Sequence record: PV245934.1
Source of the DNA: Escherichia phage sutha
Length of the DNA stretch: 64,000 bases
Direction: 5' to 3' (one strand)
Below are positions 1 through 9,809 of the stretch, piece after piece (the first letter of the stretch is position 1; each line of letters opens with the position of its first letter). A program made the position numbers and the translations under genes. The notes under the pieces were generated by a model. It was not told where the DNA came from. It did no database searches and saw only the letters and a list, made by a program, of their open reading frames with translations.

Positions 1-153
1 TTGACTTGATAAGAATCAACCCACACTTTCATATTAGGGTCTGCTTTTACAATAGGAGGATTAACTTCTTTAATTGAACTATCATGGTATTCTTTTTCAG
101 AAATTTTCACACAAAGATGACCATTCAAAGATTCAGTAAATCCTGCATTAATT

Positions 154-471
154 TTAAGACGCTTGAATTTTACGTGTGTAAGCATCAATCATATCCTCAA
201 TCTGTGATCTAGTAGTCTTCCAAAGAATACTAATGAGTTCATCGTTATATGGCTGTTTTAGAATATCCCGACTTTTCTTGATAGCATATTCGTATTGAGC
301 AAAATTATTGTTTTCAGCTGCAATCTGAGCGTGTTTATAAAGACGGTTCAGTTCGCGTTTGTTTTTAGACAATAACTTATTTGCTTTTCTTTCTGCTTCA
401 AGACGGTTCTTTTCTTCAATAGAAGAAATAAGCTTTTCCACTTCATCATTAATTTCGGGTTTATCAGTCAT
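154..471 (-). CDS. hypothetical early protein
   Basis: 105-aa ORF downstream of gene 55 on minus strand; coiled-coil-like, no recognised motif. Confidence 0.45.
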   Translation of the reverse strand: MTDKPEINDEVEKLISSIEEKNRLEAERKANKLLSKNKRELNRLYKHAQIAAENNNFAQYEYAIKKSRDILKQPYNDELISILWKTTRSQIEDMIDAYTRKIQAS

Positions 472-472
472 A

Positions 473-691
473 TTATTTCTCTAATATAAAATAAAAATCA
501 TCATCTGTTAAATGATACCGATAGTTTAATTCTACACCATTAGATTTAAAAGCGGTATCATACGGATTTTCTGGATCAATATCAATGTCAAGAGCTAAAA
601 CTTCCCTGAGATACATTTTAAGTAAATAGGGAATAGCTTCAACTTCAGGTATTTCTTCCAAGAATCCGGAGAGGTTAATCGTTAGCCTCAT
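473..691 (-). CDS. hypothetical protein
   Basis: 72-aa ORF, tightly packed after gene 55. Confidence 0.4.
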
Positions 692-1232
692 ATAAAAAAT
701 CCAAACTAGGAGAATCGTCTACAACACTTTTCTTTTCAGCCCCCGGTGTTCTATAGGTTGATTCTTCGTAATGCGTCATTTTATCGTAGATGTCTTGAAT
801 AAAAGTTTCATCTACTAACGCAACCATATCGTCGTCACGACTGTCATAGACATTGTGAACGAAGTAACTATATTTCTTTGCAACTTCCTTACGTTCTTTT
901 TTAATACGTTGGACGAATGCATTAAAACAAGCTTGAGTTATATATGCATGTGGGTTTTTATATTTCGTTTCATCAAAATTATGAAGTCCCTTAATAGAAG
1001 CTTCTATACCATCTGCAATCATTTCTTGTTTCCAAGACTGGGTGTATCCTGAAAAGTTGAAACGTTTAGATAAGCCTTCTGCAATAAGCATAATGGCTAA
1101 TCCGATAGTATCATTCTGACGAACTACTTTATTTGGGTCTTTATTATTTGCTAATTCTGTTTTCCAATCAATAATAGCTTGTAAAAGCTCTTTATTGTTT
1201 ACGTAATTATATTTAGGCTTAGTTTCTGACAT
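675..1232 (-). CDS. 55: late-transcription sigma factor gp55
   Basis: Protein [23 protein letters not shown]... matches my recollection of T4 gp55 (185 aa); track ORF extended by two codons. Confidence 0.9.
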
Positions 1233-1310
1233 TTTCACCTCTTAGCTCAATTCATAGATCTATTATATCATAATATTTGAAGATCTATCTTAAAGCATAG
1301 AGGATATCAG

Positions 1311-1580
1311 TTATCTAAGTAAACAGTATGCTTGGAATACTTTCTCCATCATCTTTTTAAATTCATGAATATCTATATAATGACTAGTTAAATCAGCATG
1401 ATATAAAAAGTCTAAAAACTTTTCATGTGTGCTAACATATTCGCTTTCATTTAATTCAGAAACATGACTTTCCCAATATCCAACACCAGTCTTATTTGGG
1501 AAAAATGAAATTTTCATATATTGGTCAACATAGAAAATTCCATAATTTTCAATAGTAATAGAAATATTAATAAATTTCAT
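1311..1580 (-). CDS. hypothetical protein
   Basis: 89-aa ORF in early-gene string. Confidence 0.4.
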   Translation of the reverse strand: MKFINISITIENYGIFYVDQYMKISFFPNKTGVGYWESHVSELNESEYVSTHEKFLDFLYHADLTSHYIDIHEFKKMMEKVFQAYCLLR

Positions 1581-1792
1581 ACATTCATCAACTTAGCCGC
1601 TTCAAGAGCTACATCTAACGAATCAAATTGATCGACATATTCAATCAGTTTGCCGTAATTAGCATATAACCACCATTGGCTAAATTCATACTCAAGGATA
1701 AATCCATTTCCTTCAATTTGAGTTAAACCAATGCCATTTGTATTTACTTCATATCCGGCAAGACGTAAATCGTTAATAAGAGCTTCGTTCAT
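1577..1792 (-). CDS. hypothetical protein
   Basis: 71-aa ORF, start/stop overlap with neighbours. Confidence 0.4.
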   Translation of the reverse strand: MNEALINDLRLAGYEVNTNGIGLTQIEGNGFILEYEFSQWWLYANYGKLIEYVDQFDSLDVALEAAKLMNV

Positions 1793-1794
1793 AA

Positions 1795-2121
1795 TTATGC
1801 CTTAGTAATTTTCAGGTCAGCAAATTTTTTCTTGCGTTGATTTTTCATACGACGAATAGTTTTATCGGAAATTTCATGCTTTTGATAAGCTTTAGATTCT
1901 ACGCCAAAAGCTTTAACATCAAATTCTGACAAGATATATTGAACCAACAATTCACGGACAGTGTTGCGTCCAATCTTCTGATCATTCTGTTTCATCATTT
2001 GATGAAGCTCTTTTTCCCATTTATCCAAAATTTGAGGAGTTACAATATCGCCTTTTTCTAGCAAAGAAACTACTTTATCATATGCGTAAGAATTAATGAC
2101 GTTTTTAATTTGAATAGTCAT
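1795..2121 (-). CDS. hypothetical protein
   Basis: 108-aa ORF, basic C-terminus. Confidence 0.4.
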   Translation of the reverse strand: MTIQIKNVINSYAYDKVVSLLEKGDIVTPQILDKWEKELHQMMKQNDQKIGRNTVRELLVQYILSEFDVKAFGVESKAYQKHEISDKTIRRMKNQRKKKFADLKITKA

Positions 2122-2152
2122 ACATTATCCTCAATTGCGTTAAAATTTTATT

Positions 2153-2174
2153 ATCCAAAAAGGGCCGAAGCCCT
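2153..2174 (-). terminator. rho-independent terminator (minus strand)
   Basis: Hairpin agggc-cgaa-gccct with U-run on the transcribed strand. Confidence 0.5.
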
Positions 2175-2374
2175 TAGCTAAACTGTTTGGCTCCCTTCCA
2201 GCCTTCGTACATCATTGCGGCTGATATTAATATTGCTCCTGCGCATTTTGAATATTTGTGATTCCAAAACCAGTTCAGAAAAACTTCGTCATCAATACCT
2301 TGGGCTATCATATTTTCAAAGAACTGACGACGAGCTTCGGCAATTCGTTGCGATAATTTAGATTCAGGATTCAT
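2174..2374 (-). CDS. hypothetical protein
   Basis: 66-aa ORF followed by hairpin terminator. Confidence 0.4.
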   Translation of the reverse strand: MNPESKLSQRIAEARRQFFENMIAQGIDDEVFLNWFWNHKYSKCAGAILISAAMMYEGWKGAKQFS

Positions 2375-2590
2375 TTAAATTTTCCAGTTACCGTTTTCAT
2401 CAATAAATTTAATCCAGTCATTTACTGACCACTTGGTCGTATCGCCTTTTGGAGCAACATTTAAAGTGTATAATCCTTGTTTAAAAAGCATGCGTTTGAT
2501 ATTCATATTTTCCTCAGCTATAACGATAACACTCGTTTGATTTGCGCTTAGCAACTCGTTGAGAAGTATTGTAATCAAAATCATCGTCAA
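2375..2590 (-). CDS. hypothetical protein
   Basis: 71-aa ORF. Confidence 0.4.
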   Translation of the reverse strand: MTMILITILLNELLSANQTSVIVIAEENMNIKRMLFKQGLYTLNVAPKGDTTKWSVNDWIKFIDENGNWKI

Positions 2591-2853
2591 TGTAAACTGA
2601 TTTTTTTCAACTTTCTTACTTCACTACGTAATTGACGATTTAGCTCATCTTTAACTTCTGAATCAATGCCTTTCATTCTACGCCATTTATCAGAGCGAAA
2701 AATGTTTTCAACCATATCTTTATGACTTACACCATCAGGAGCTTTACGCTTTCCGAAATAGTCATAATCACGTACTTTTAAATCTTTACGACGATACGTT
2801 TTACCCATGGAGTTTAATTTCCTTAGCAACTGAACTAAATACAGCACGATCAC
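2587..2853 (-). CDS. hypothetical protein
   Basis: 88-aa ORF, basic. Confidence 0.4.
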   Translation of the reverse strand: MIVLYLVQLLRKLNSMGKTYRRKDLKVRDYDYFGKRKAPDGVSHKDMVENIFRSDKWRRMKGIDSEVKDELNRQLRSEVRKLKKISLH

Positions 2854-2983
2854 AAATCATCTGTTTATGTAACTTGAGTATAAGATAATAAACTTCAAAA
2901 CCGTTTACATAAGTAACACGAACAACATTACCATTAATAAAATAATATTGTCCCTTTTTAATCTCTTTATCAACCACAACCAT
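2801..2983 (-). CDS. hypothetical protein
   Basis: 60-aa ORF immediately downstream of an early promoter. Confidence 0.35.
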   Translation of the reverse strand: MVVVDKEIKKGQYYFINGNVVRVTYVNGFEVYYLILKLHKQMICDRAVFSSVAKEIKLHG

Positions 2984-3013
2984 ATCAAATCCTCAAAGGC
3001 AATTCATATGTTA

Positions 3014-3043
3014 ATAATACCACAGTTTGAACTTGTTGTAAAC
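3014..3043 (-). promoter_or_regulatory. early (sigma70-type) promoter
   Basis: Minus strand GTTTAC, ~18-nt spacer, TATTAT. Confidence 0.5.
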
Positions 3044-3111
3044 AACTTTGTGAAATTATTTTAGGGAATGATAAGAAGGGAACGATAGCTTAGAATGGTA
3101 ATATACAGAAT

Positions 3112-3136
3112 GTGAGAAAGAAAGGCCCAGAGGGCC
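3112..3136 (-). terminator. rho-independent terminator (minus strand)
   Basis: Hairpin ggccc-aga-gggcc followed by U-rich tract. Confidence 0.5.
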
Positions 3137-3140
3137 CGTC

Positions 3141-3593
3141 TTAGTCTTCTATGATATCTCTATCATATCCAAGTGAAATGAGAGTTTCTTTGAAGTGTTT
3201 AATGTTCTTTTGTCTAGAATCATTGATGAAAATGACTGGATAACGAATGTTAAGAGATGTGAATCCAGCACGTTTAGCAAGAGATACAATCAGTGGACGA
3301 TCATACTCAATCTTACCATTATTTGTAAGAACTTTATAGAAAGTAAAAGGAGCATTGAGCTCCTTTAGAAGTTTTGTAACTGATTGACATCCAGGACAAC
3401 GACCTACTTCATCTGGAATTCCATAGACTTCAATCTTATTCTTTGAGTTCGAGTTTTGTTCCACGAGAAATAATTCCTTGATAAGCCCAGTATGGCGGGT
3501 TAACAGAATCATCGCCAGAATTTTCTTCAGGAAAATAAACCTGGATAACAAATCCAGATGCATCAAAGGTAAAATAAACCGTAGGTAATTCAC
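3141..3593 (-). CDS. thioredoxin-fold (glutaredoxin-like, CPGC) protein; NrdH-like position
   Basis: CPGC redox motif in ...KIEVYGIPDEVGRCPGCQSV...; true start probably internal/non-ATG because the upstream ORF 3436..3747 overlaps in another frame. Confidence 0.5.
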   Translation of the reverse strand: MNYLRFILPLMHLDLLSRFIFLKKILAMILLTRHTGLIKELFLVEQNSNSKNKIEVYGIPDEVGRCPGCQSVTKLLKELNAPFTFYKVLTNNGKIEYDRPLIVSLAKRAGFTSLNIRYPVIFINDSRQKNIKHFKETLISLGYDRDIIED

Positions 3594-3749
3594 CTAACAA
3601 TTCAGCACGGTTATTAATTTCTTCAAGTTCTCGTTCTCGTCCAGCCCAAAAACTAGGATTTAGACTACATTCATAGAAATAATAGTCATTACCGAACATA
3701 TCAAAACCCTTCCAACTCTCTACCACATATCGCTCAAAACTAATCATAA

Positions 3750-3965
3750 TTAGGCCTTTTTATCAAGAACAGCATTTAGTTTGTTAGTAATTTTATCCAG
3801 ACGCTCATTGAACTCGCTAGAAGATAAGCCTTTTTCTGGAGAAATTAAGCTAATCACGAAAAATATAGCAATAAAAGGAATAAGGAAAATAGCTCCAACT
3901 GCCATAAACAGAAAGAATGTTACAGTTGTAAGAAAATCAGCTAAACCTTTACGAAATTTATACAT
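3750..3965 (-). CDS. small membrane protein
   Basis: 71 aa with a long hydrophobic segment. Confidence 0.4.
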   Translation of the reverse strand: MYKFRKGLADFLTTVTFFLFMAVGAIFLIPFIAIFFVISLISPEKGLSSSEFNERLDKITNKLNAVLDKKA

Positions 3966-4080
3966 ATTTTACCCTTAATTGATTAACCAAGCATTGATAA
4001 GCACTAAACTATACTGTGAATAAAATTCTGGACCAAAATGAAAAATCATATCATTTATAGTATCCATAATGTAATTCAAT

Positions 4081-4551
4081 TTAATCATGTTTCCACACCC
4101 CATCGGTATTTGACCAAAGTCGCTGATTATCTGATCCTCGCCACAGCTTTTTGGTCGGAAGATTTTTCTCATACTTCCCATCAATAATAACATCAACATA
4201 TTTAAGCATTTCTAGTTGTTTAATATCTTCAAACTTATATCCTGTCCACAACCAAATGCTTTTATTGGGATAAAGATTTTTTACTGTTTGAACAATGCAA
4301 TGAATAACATCTCGGTTATCAGGATAGAGAGGGTCTCCTCCAGTTATAGTTAATCCTTCTATATAATCATTATTCAAACATTCAATTAATTGTTCTAGTG
4401 TTTCACCAGTGAATGGAACGCCATTTCTAGCATTCCATGTTGATTTATTATAACACCCTTCACATTTATGCAAACAACCTGTAACGAAAAGAACGACCCT
4501 GCATCCAGGACCATTAACAAAGCAGCAAGGGTATATTCTGTCATAATTCAT
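4081..4551 (-). CDS. nrdG: anaerobic ribonucleotide reductase activating protein (radical SAM)
   Basis: Radical-SAM Cys cluster CCFVNGPGCRVVLFVTGCLHKCEGC; immediately downstream of nrdD; start taken at MNYDRIYP. Confidence 0.9.
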   Translation of the reverse strand: MNYDRIYPCCFVNGPGCRVVLFVTGCLHKCEGCYNKSTWNARNGVPFTGETLEQLIECLNNDYIEGLTITGGDPLYPDNRDVIHCIVQTVKNLYPNKSIWLWTGYKFEDIKQLEMLKYVDVIIDGKYEKNLPTKKLWRGSDNQRLWSNTDGVWKHD

Positions 4552-5282
4552 AATAATATCCAATTTTTCCAAGCTTCATCAGTAGAATTACAGCGTTTTA
4601 GTATAAGATGTCTAGAAACTTTTATGGCATTTGAGCACTTTTTAATTGAATCATATTTAATACCGTCAACTGAAACGGTTTTGCTAGTTGGAGAAATTTT
4701 TCCATACATTGGATTTTTTGAACCAACTTGAAGTCCTTTTAAAGCTTTTGAAAGCTTTTGTCTAGATTCCAATGACATGGGAGAATTCTTTTTACCTTCA
4801 ATAATTCGCTTGCGATGAAGTTCGCGTTCTTCTTCACTCAAAGAATTGTAATATTTTTTAACACCGTTTGATATAGATAATTTATCTTTCTCAGACCGCT
4901 CTCCAGCTAATTTACTTCTAACATCTTTTCGCTTCATAGCTATGCTTACGGCTTTATTTAAATTTGCTTGATGCTCTGGCGTACGTTTATATTTCTTTAA
5001 AGCACGTGAAATAGCTATTTTAGTTTCTTCTGTTCTCTTTTTACCTTTATTTGCTAAACTATTTTTGCGGCGATGTTCAAGTGTCTGTTCATAGGCAGTT
5101 CCACCTTTTCCACCAGGTTTAATATTATATGTATTTTCTTTTAGACAATACTCTTCGGTTACAAGTTCAGCTTCTTTATCATACATTTGTTTTTCATTAT
5201 CAAAAACATGTAAAATTTCTTTATTAAAATTTTTTCTACCATGTTTTAATAAAGCGGCACGAATCAATGTTCCTGACCCCAT
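4548..5282 (-). CDS. GIY-YIG family homing endonuclease, C-terminal portion (NUMOD-like DNA-binding repeats)
   Basis: Repeated basic helix motifs (RKNSLANKGKK.., SRQKLSKALKG..) typical of Seg-type DNA-binding domains; N-terminus begins mid catalytic domain (GSGTLIRAALLKHGRKNF). Confidence 0.7.
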   Translation of the reverse strand: MGSGTLIRAALLKHGRKNFNKEILHVFDNEKQMYDKEAELVTEEYCLKENTYNIKPGGKGGTAYEQTLEHRRKNSLANKGKKRTEETKIAISRALKKYKRTPEHQANLNKAVSIAMKRKDVRSKLAGERSEKDKLSISNGVKKYYNSLSEEERELHRKRIIEGKKNSPMSLESRQKLSKALKGLQVGSKNPMYGKISPTSKTVSVDGIKYDSIKKCSNAIKVSRHLILKRCNSTDEAWKNWILL

Positions 5283-5292
5283 ATAACCGTCA

Positions 5293-5382
5293 TTTATTTA
5301 TGTTATCGGTGCTATGCGCACCGATATATTCCTTTGAATTAATTATATTTGTTATTTTATAAATTATATAATACCTATGCAT
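5293..5382 (-). pseudogene. N-terminal GIY-YIG motif fragment in a different frame (frameshifted or split homing endonuclease gene)
   Basis: Manual translation from ATG at 5382: MHRYYIIYKITNIINSKEYIGAHSTDNINK*, carrying the GIY...YIG signature; ends at TGA in an A-rich run; the 244-aa ORF continues one frame over. Confidence 0.55.
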
Positions 5383-7192
5383 GTTTTACTCGTTTTACCA
5401 TTTCTTTCATTTTACCTAAATTCCATGGAACAACGCTAGGAGTTCCAAGATATCCGCATGTTCTTCTTATTGTATTCATCTTTTTAGGATCAGTTTCTCC
5501 ACAAATAGAACAAACAAATCCGTTTTCAGTAGGAGTCATTTCATGGGTACTTCCACACGTAAAACATTTATCTACTGGCATATTAACACCAAAATAATCT
5601 AAATGTTGTGCAGCATAATCCCATACAGCCTCAAGACCTTTTAGGTTATTTTTCATATCAGGAAGTTCAACATAAGAAATGTGACCACCTGTCGCAATGA
5701 AATGATACGGTGCTTCGCGAGAAATCTTTTCAAACGGAGTAATATTTTCTTCTACTGAAACGTGGAAACTATTAGTGTACCAGCCTTTATCGGTAACATC
5801 TTTTACACTTCCATATTTTTCGGTATCAAGTTTACAGAAGCGATAACACAGGTTTTCAGCAGGAGTAGAATACAAGCTAAAAGCAAATCCGGTTCTTTCA
5901 GTCCACTGTTTAAGACGAGCATTCATTTTAGTCAAAATTTCTTGCCCAATATCACGACCGACAAGAATATTCAATTCGTGAATACCGATGTATCCCAGGG
6001 ATACTGAACTTCTACCGTTTTTAAATAACTCAATTATATCATCATCGGGTTTAAGACGAACCCCGAATGCACCTTCTTGGTAAAGAATAGGAGCAACAGT
6101 AGCTTTAACTCCTTTTAATGAACTAATTCTACACATCAATGCTTCAAAACATAAATCCATTCGCTCATTGAACAATTCGGCAAATTTCTGTTCATTGAAT
6201 TGTGTTCCAATATAAGAATCTAACGCAATGCGAGGAAGATTCAGTGTTACAACGCCAAGATTATTACGTCCATCAAGAATTTCATTACCAGTCGAATCTT
6301 TCCATACGCTCAAGAAACTACGGCAACCCATTGGAGAAACAGGAATAGATGAACCTGTGATAGCTTTATTGTTCTTAGCCGAAATGATGTCAGGATACAT
6401 TCTTTTGCTTGCGCATTCTAAAGCAAGCTGCTTAATATCATAGTTCGGATCGTCTTTATAAAGATTAACACCTTCTTCAACAAACATAACAAGTTTAGGG
6501 AAAATAGGAGTTATCCCATCACGACCAAGGCCTTTAATACGATTTTTCAGAATTGCTTTCTGAATCATTCGTTCAGTCCAGTCAGTTCCCGTACCAAATG
6601 TAATTGTTACAAAAGGCGTTTGTCCGTTTGAACTAAAGAGAGTATTTACTTCATATTCATAAGCTTGGAATGCATCGTATACATCTTTTTCTGTTTTAGA
6701 TTGGGCATAATTCAACGCATCAGCGATTTGCCATTTTTCTGCGTCCTCAATATGTTTTGCATAGGTGCGTTTAACATAAGGAGAAAGGACTTTATCTACA
6801 TTCGCAAAAGTCGTTCCACCGTATTGATGGGAAGCAACCTGTGCAGTAATTTGTGCCATAATTGCAGTAGCAACACCGATTGATTTAGGAGTTTCAATCT
6901 GTGCATTACCGAGCTTAAATCCGTTCTCAAGCATTCCTTTTAAATCTACTAAACAGCAATTAGTAAATGGAAGAGCAGGGGAATAATCAATATCATGGAA
7001 ATGAATAATTCCGCTTTCATGCGCTTTCATAATAAAAGACGGGACCATATTTTTGGCAATGTGTTTAGACACAATACCAGCCATAAGGTCCCGTTGAGTT
7101 GGAAAAACACGAGAATCTTTATTAGCATTCTCGTTTAAAAGGTCTTTATTAGTTTTATGAATCAATCCTTCAATTTCTTTTTCAATTGTCAT
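5375..7192 (-). CDS. nrdD: anaerobic ribonucleoside-triphosphate reductase
   Basis: 605 aa; C-terminal glycyl radical motif RRTCGYLG; N-terminus MTIEKEIEGLIHK as in T4 NrdD; continuous, no intron. Confidence 0.95.
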   Translation of the reverse strand: MTIEKEIEGLIHKTNKDLLNENANKDSRVFPTQRDLMAGIVSKHIAKNMVPSFIMKAHESGIIHFHDIDYSPALPFTNCCLVDLKGMLENGFKLGNAQIETPKSIGVATAIMAQITAQVASHQYGGTTFANVDKVLSPYVKRTYAKHIEDAEKWQIADALNYAQSKTEKDVYDAFQAYEYEVNTLFSSNGQTPFVTITFGTGTDWTERMIQKAILKNRIKGLGRDGITPIFPKLVMFVEEGVNLYKDDPNYDIKQLALECASKRMYPDIISAKNNKAITGSSIPVSPMGCRSFLSVWKDSTGNEILDGRNNLGVVTLNLPRIALDSYIGTQFNEQKFAELFNERMDLCFEALMCRISSLKGVKATVAPILYQEGAFGVRLKPDDDIIELFKNGRSSVSLGYIGIHELNILVGRDIGQEILTKMNARLKQWTERTGFAFSLYSTPAENLCYRFCKLDTEKYGSVKDVTDKGWYTNSFHVSVEENITPFEKISREAPYHFIATGGHISYVELPDMKNNLKGLEAVWDYAAQHLDYFGVNMPVDKCFTCGSTHEMTPTENGFVCSICGETDPKKMNTIRRTCGYLGTPSVVPWNLGKMKEMVKRVKHA

Positions 7193-7662
7193 TTTAAACT
7201 CTTTCTAAGCTGCTTCTTAAATGAAGTTATTAATTGTGTTTTGGTGTCAGATTCATTATATTCAAATCCTCTTTGAAGCATCTCAGCCATCATTTCCTCT
7301 TTTCCTAAACGAGAAAATTCCTTTGATTTATCTCCAACAAAGTTAGGGTGAATATTATTTTGGGTGTAATCGGATTTTAAATAAGTAAGTAAATTTTCTA
7401 ACCATTCAAGATAATCAACACCTTGCCCCTTTAAGCCAGAACGATTAAATTTATGTTTCATTTGACCTTCTGCAGCATTGCAGAGATTACATAGCAACCC
7501 ACGTACCTTTCCTGCTTTTGGTCCATTTAATTCATGGTCATGGTCAAGGTGATTAGCTTGAACATCAGGATTTAGTTCTCGTTGGCAAATTAAGCATTTA
7601 CCGCTTTGTGCATCATAAAATTTCTGTTTTTCTTCTTTGTATAATTTGCCAGTCAATAACAT
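7189..7662 (-). CDS. 49: endonuclease VII (Holliday junction resolvase)
   Basis: 157 aa MLLTGKLYKEEKQKFYDAQ...CLICQRELN... matches recalled T4 gp49. Confidence 0.9.
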   Translation of the reverse strand: MLLTGKLYKEEKQKFYDAQSGKCLICQRELNPDVQANHLDHDHELNGPKAGKVRGLLCNLCNAAEGQMKHKFNRSGLKGQGVDYLEWLENLLTYLKSDYTQNNIHPNFVGDKSKEFSRLGKEEMMAEMLQRGFEYNESDTKTQLITSFKKQLRKSLK

Positions 7663-7710
7663 AATAAACCCTTACCTTAAATAGATAAGGGTATTTATTA
7701 TTTTCAAGTA

Positions 7711-8175
7711 TTAAAATGCTCGTTCAGAAAAAGAAATTTGAGTTTCAAGCCATTCAATATATTCTGCTGCAGCTTGCATCAAATTTCCTTCATAGCCATC
7801 GTTATTTTCTTGTGCAGCTAATTTAGCTAATGCATATGAAATACGTTCACCCTGAAAAGCGGCTTTAGGTTTATGAATAGCTTGATCAACTCGTTCTACA
7901 ACTTCTTCAATTTCGCCATTTTCTACTGATTCAGTATTCCACAAGCACCAATACGTAATTGGCTTATCATAGATGTTAATAATCTTTCCATCAGAAAGTT
8001 CAATTTCAATAATTCCAGTATCAGGTTCTATATCATCTTCACATTCTTTTGCAAGTTCACGAACTTTAAAGACAGTACCTGCACTAAGTTCCGGCCAGTA
8101 ATTACACAGCCCTTTATCAGCACGATTAATTCTAAACCACTTATCTACTGTAATCATGTCCCATCTCCATATCAA
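7711..8175 (-). CDS. hypothetical protein (occupies the position pin has in T4; not verified)
   Basis: 154-aa acidic protein between gene 49 and the nrdC cluster. Confidence 0.45.
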   Translation of the reverse strand: MIWRWDMITVDKWFRINRADKGLCNYWPELSAGTVFKVRELAKECEDDIEPDTGIIEIELSDGKIINIYDKPITYWCLWNTESVENGEIEEVVERVDQAIHKPKAAFQGERISYALAKLAAQENNDGYEGNLMQAAAEYIEWLETQISFSERAF

Positions 8176-8280
8176 TTATGTCATTTATTGTAGGTTCATT
8201 ATATACTGTTTCTTCATCAGTGTAAACCGGTTCTTCCGGTTCTGGCTCTACTGTTTCCCATCTAGCCGCCCACCAAGGTT

Positions 8281-8601
8281 TTATAGCGTAATCCATTCTC
8301 GTATTGTCTGAGTTACTACACGTTCACGGGGCTCGACTAGTTCAACAGTCGGAACTGCATAATACCAGTCAGAATGGTAAGAACCTGAGCGAGATTCATT
8401 TACAGACACATGAACGTTATGTTTTGGACTAAAATAAACGCACTGCCGATACTGGCATTTGCCATCTTGTACCCAATCTTCTATTTCGACAGGTTTAAGA
8501 TAATCCGAAAAATCGAAATCATAATTTTCTGAAAATGCATCATGGTCTTCGATGATTTCACTCAGAACTGCATCAACATCTAATTTATTTTCAATATTCA
8601 T
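8281..8601 (-). CDS. hypothetical protein
   Basis: 106-aa ORF. Confidence 0.45.
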   Translation of the reverse strand: MNIENKLDVDAVLSEIIEDHDAFSENYDFDFSDYLKPVEIEDWVQDGKCQYRQCVYFSPKHNVHVSVNESRSGSYHSDWYYAVPTVELVEPRERVVTQTIREWITL

Positions 8602-8611
8602 TTTTCACCAA

Positions 8612-8821
8612 TTAATTTCGCAATTTATTAAGTTCTTCATAATCAATCCAGGATTCTAGTCCTGATGGCAAATCAGATTCAATTTCCCAAAGAAGTTCTT
8701 CAATTTTCTGAAGACGATCTAATTCTTCAGCAGGAATAGTAACCATTGACGGAGTTCTTGATACACTAATATCGTAAATCATATTTATCCCAGTTTGACC
8801 ATACAATCGCCGTATTTCCAT
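8612..8821 (-). CDS. hypothetical protein
   Basis: 69-aa ORF. Confidence 0.4.
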   Translation of the reverse strand: MEIRRLYGQTGINMIYDISVSRTPSMVTIPAEELDRLQKIEELLWEIESDLPSGLESWIDYEELNKLRN

Positions 8822-9000
8822 TTAGAAATAGACTTTTCACCATTAGAATAGTAAACTTCGAGTTTAGCACGATTATTTTTAATTTGAATAACCTTTGCTG
8901 TCATCAAAGTTCCATACCCGTAATAAACTGCAACCTCATCACCTACATATACCGCGCTTCCGCGGTAGTCATGGATATAATCAGTTCCTTCGAGCATCAT
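8785..9000 (-). CDS. hypothetical protein
   Basis: 71-aa ORF. Confidence 0.4.
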   Translation of the reverse strand: MMLEGTDYIHDYRGSAVYVGDEVAVYYGYGTLMTAKVIQIKNNRAKLEVYYSNGEKSISKWKYGDCMVKLG

Positions 9001-9260
9001 TTAAAGTATTCCCGCAATTGGTCAAATCCACCAATATGACTTCCATCAGGAGCAAATACTTGTGGCATTGTCAACCCAATTTGAGTATCACGACCTAGTT
9101 TCGCCAGAAGCTCAGCGATTTTCTCATCATCAAAAACACCTTTTTCCGGCATAATGTTGATAAATTCAAACGGCTGTTTCTTCACAGTCAAGAGACGTTT
9201 TGCATTATCGCAATATACGCATTTGTGGATGTTGCTATCATAACCATATACTTTAAACAT
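8997..9260 (-). CDS. nrdC: glutaredoxin/thioredoxin
   Basis: 87 aa with CVYC active site (MFKVYGYDSNIHKCVYCDNAKRL...), as in T4 NrdC. Confidence 0.85.
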   Translation of the reverse strand: MFKVYGYDSNIHKCVYCDNAKRLLTVKKQPFEFINIMPEKGVFDDEKIAELLAKLGRDTQIGLTMPQVFAPDGSHIGGFDQLREYFK

Positions 9261-9261
9261 A

Positions 9262-9504
9262 TTATTCCTTAATTCCTAGTACTTGTTTAAAAGTCTCGTC
9301 GTAATCAAGACTTTGACCTGTTTGTTCTTTATGTTTGTATATAATATCACTTACTTCTGATAGCATATTTTTATATGAACGAGTTAAAGCAGATTTAAGT
9401 ACGCTGTATCTATCAGGAAATTTACCGTGTTCATTATAATACGCTATTGCTAATTCACGGACTGCCTTTTCAGCAATCTCCATATATTCTTTACGCTTTG
9501 TCAT
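9262..9504 (-). CDS. hypothetical protein
   Basis: 80-aa ORF. Confidence 0.4.
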   Translation of the reverse strand: MTKRKEYMEIAEKAVRELAIAYYNEHGKFPDRYSVLKSALTRSYKNMLSEVSDIIYKHKEQTGQSLDYDETFKQVLGIKE

Positions 9505-9809
9505 TTTTTTTCTCGGTTAAATCGGTGTTTGCAATGACGGCATTTATAACGAAGATTACTAGTCTGCCAATGAACTAATTGAACCTGTTCAGTACCGCAT
9601 TCAGGACAATTAGGAACGTTTTTAGAAGCCCTTTCGCGGCGTTCAACCATAGCCATAATGGCATCCCAAGCAGGAGGTTTAAAGTCTAGATCGTCACAAC
9701 CATGAATCTTTCCACGCATTTCTAAATCGTCTTCTTCACCAGCCATAATAATTTTAATTAGACTGGAATTACTTGAAGCTGCAATATCTTCTAATAGACG
9801 CTTTTTCAT
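9501..9809 (-). CDS. zinc-ribbon protein
   Basis: CPECG...CRHCKH paired CxxC motifs. Confidence 0.45.
   Translation of the reverse strand: MKKRLLEDIAASSNSSLIKIIMAGEEDDLEMRGKIHGCDDLDFKPPAWDAIMAMVERRERASKNVPNCPECGTEQVQLVHWQTSNLRYKCRHCKHRFNREKK

Noticed and set aside
855-1052. 65-aa plus-strand ORF
   Set aside because: Antisense inside gene 55.
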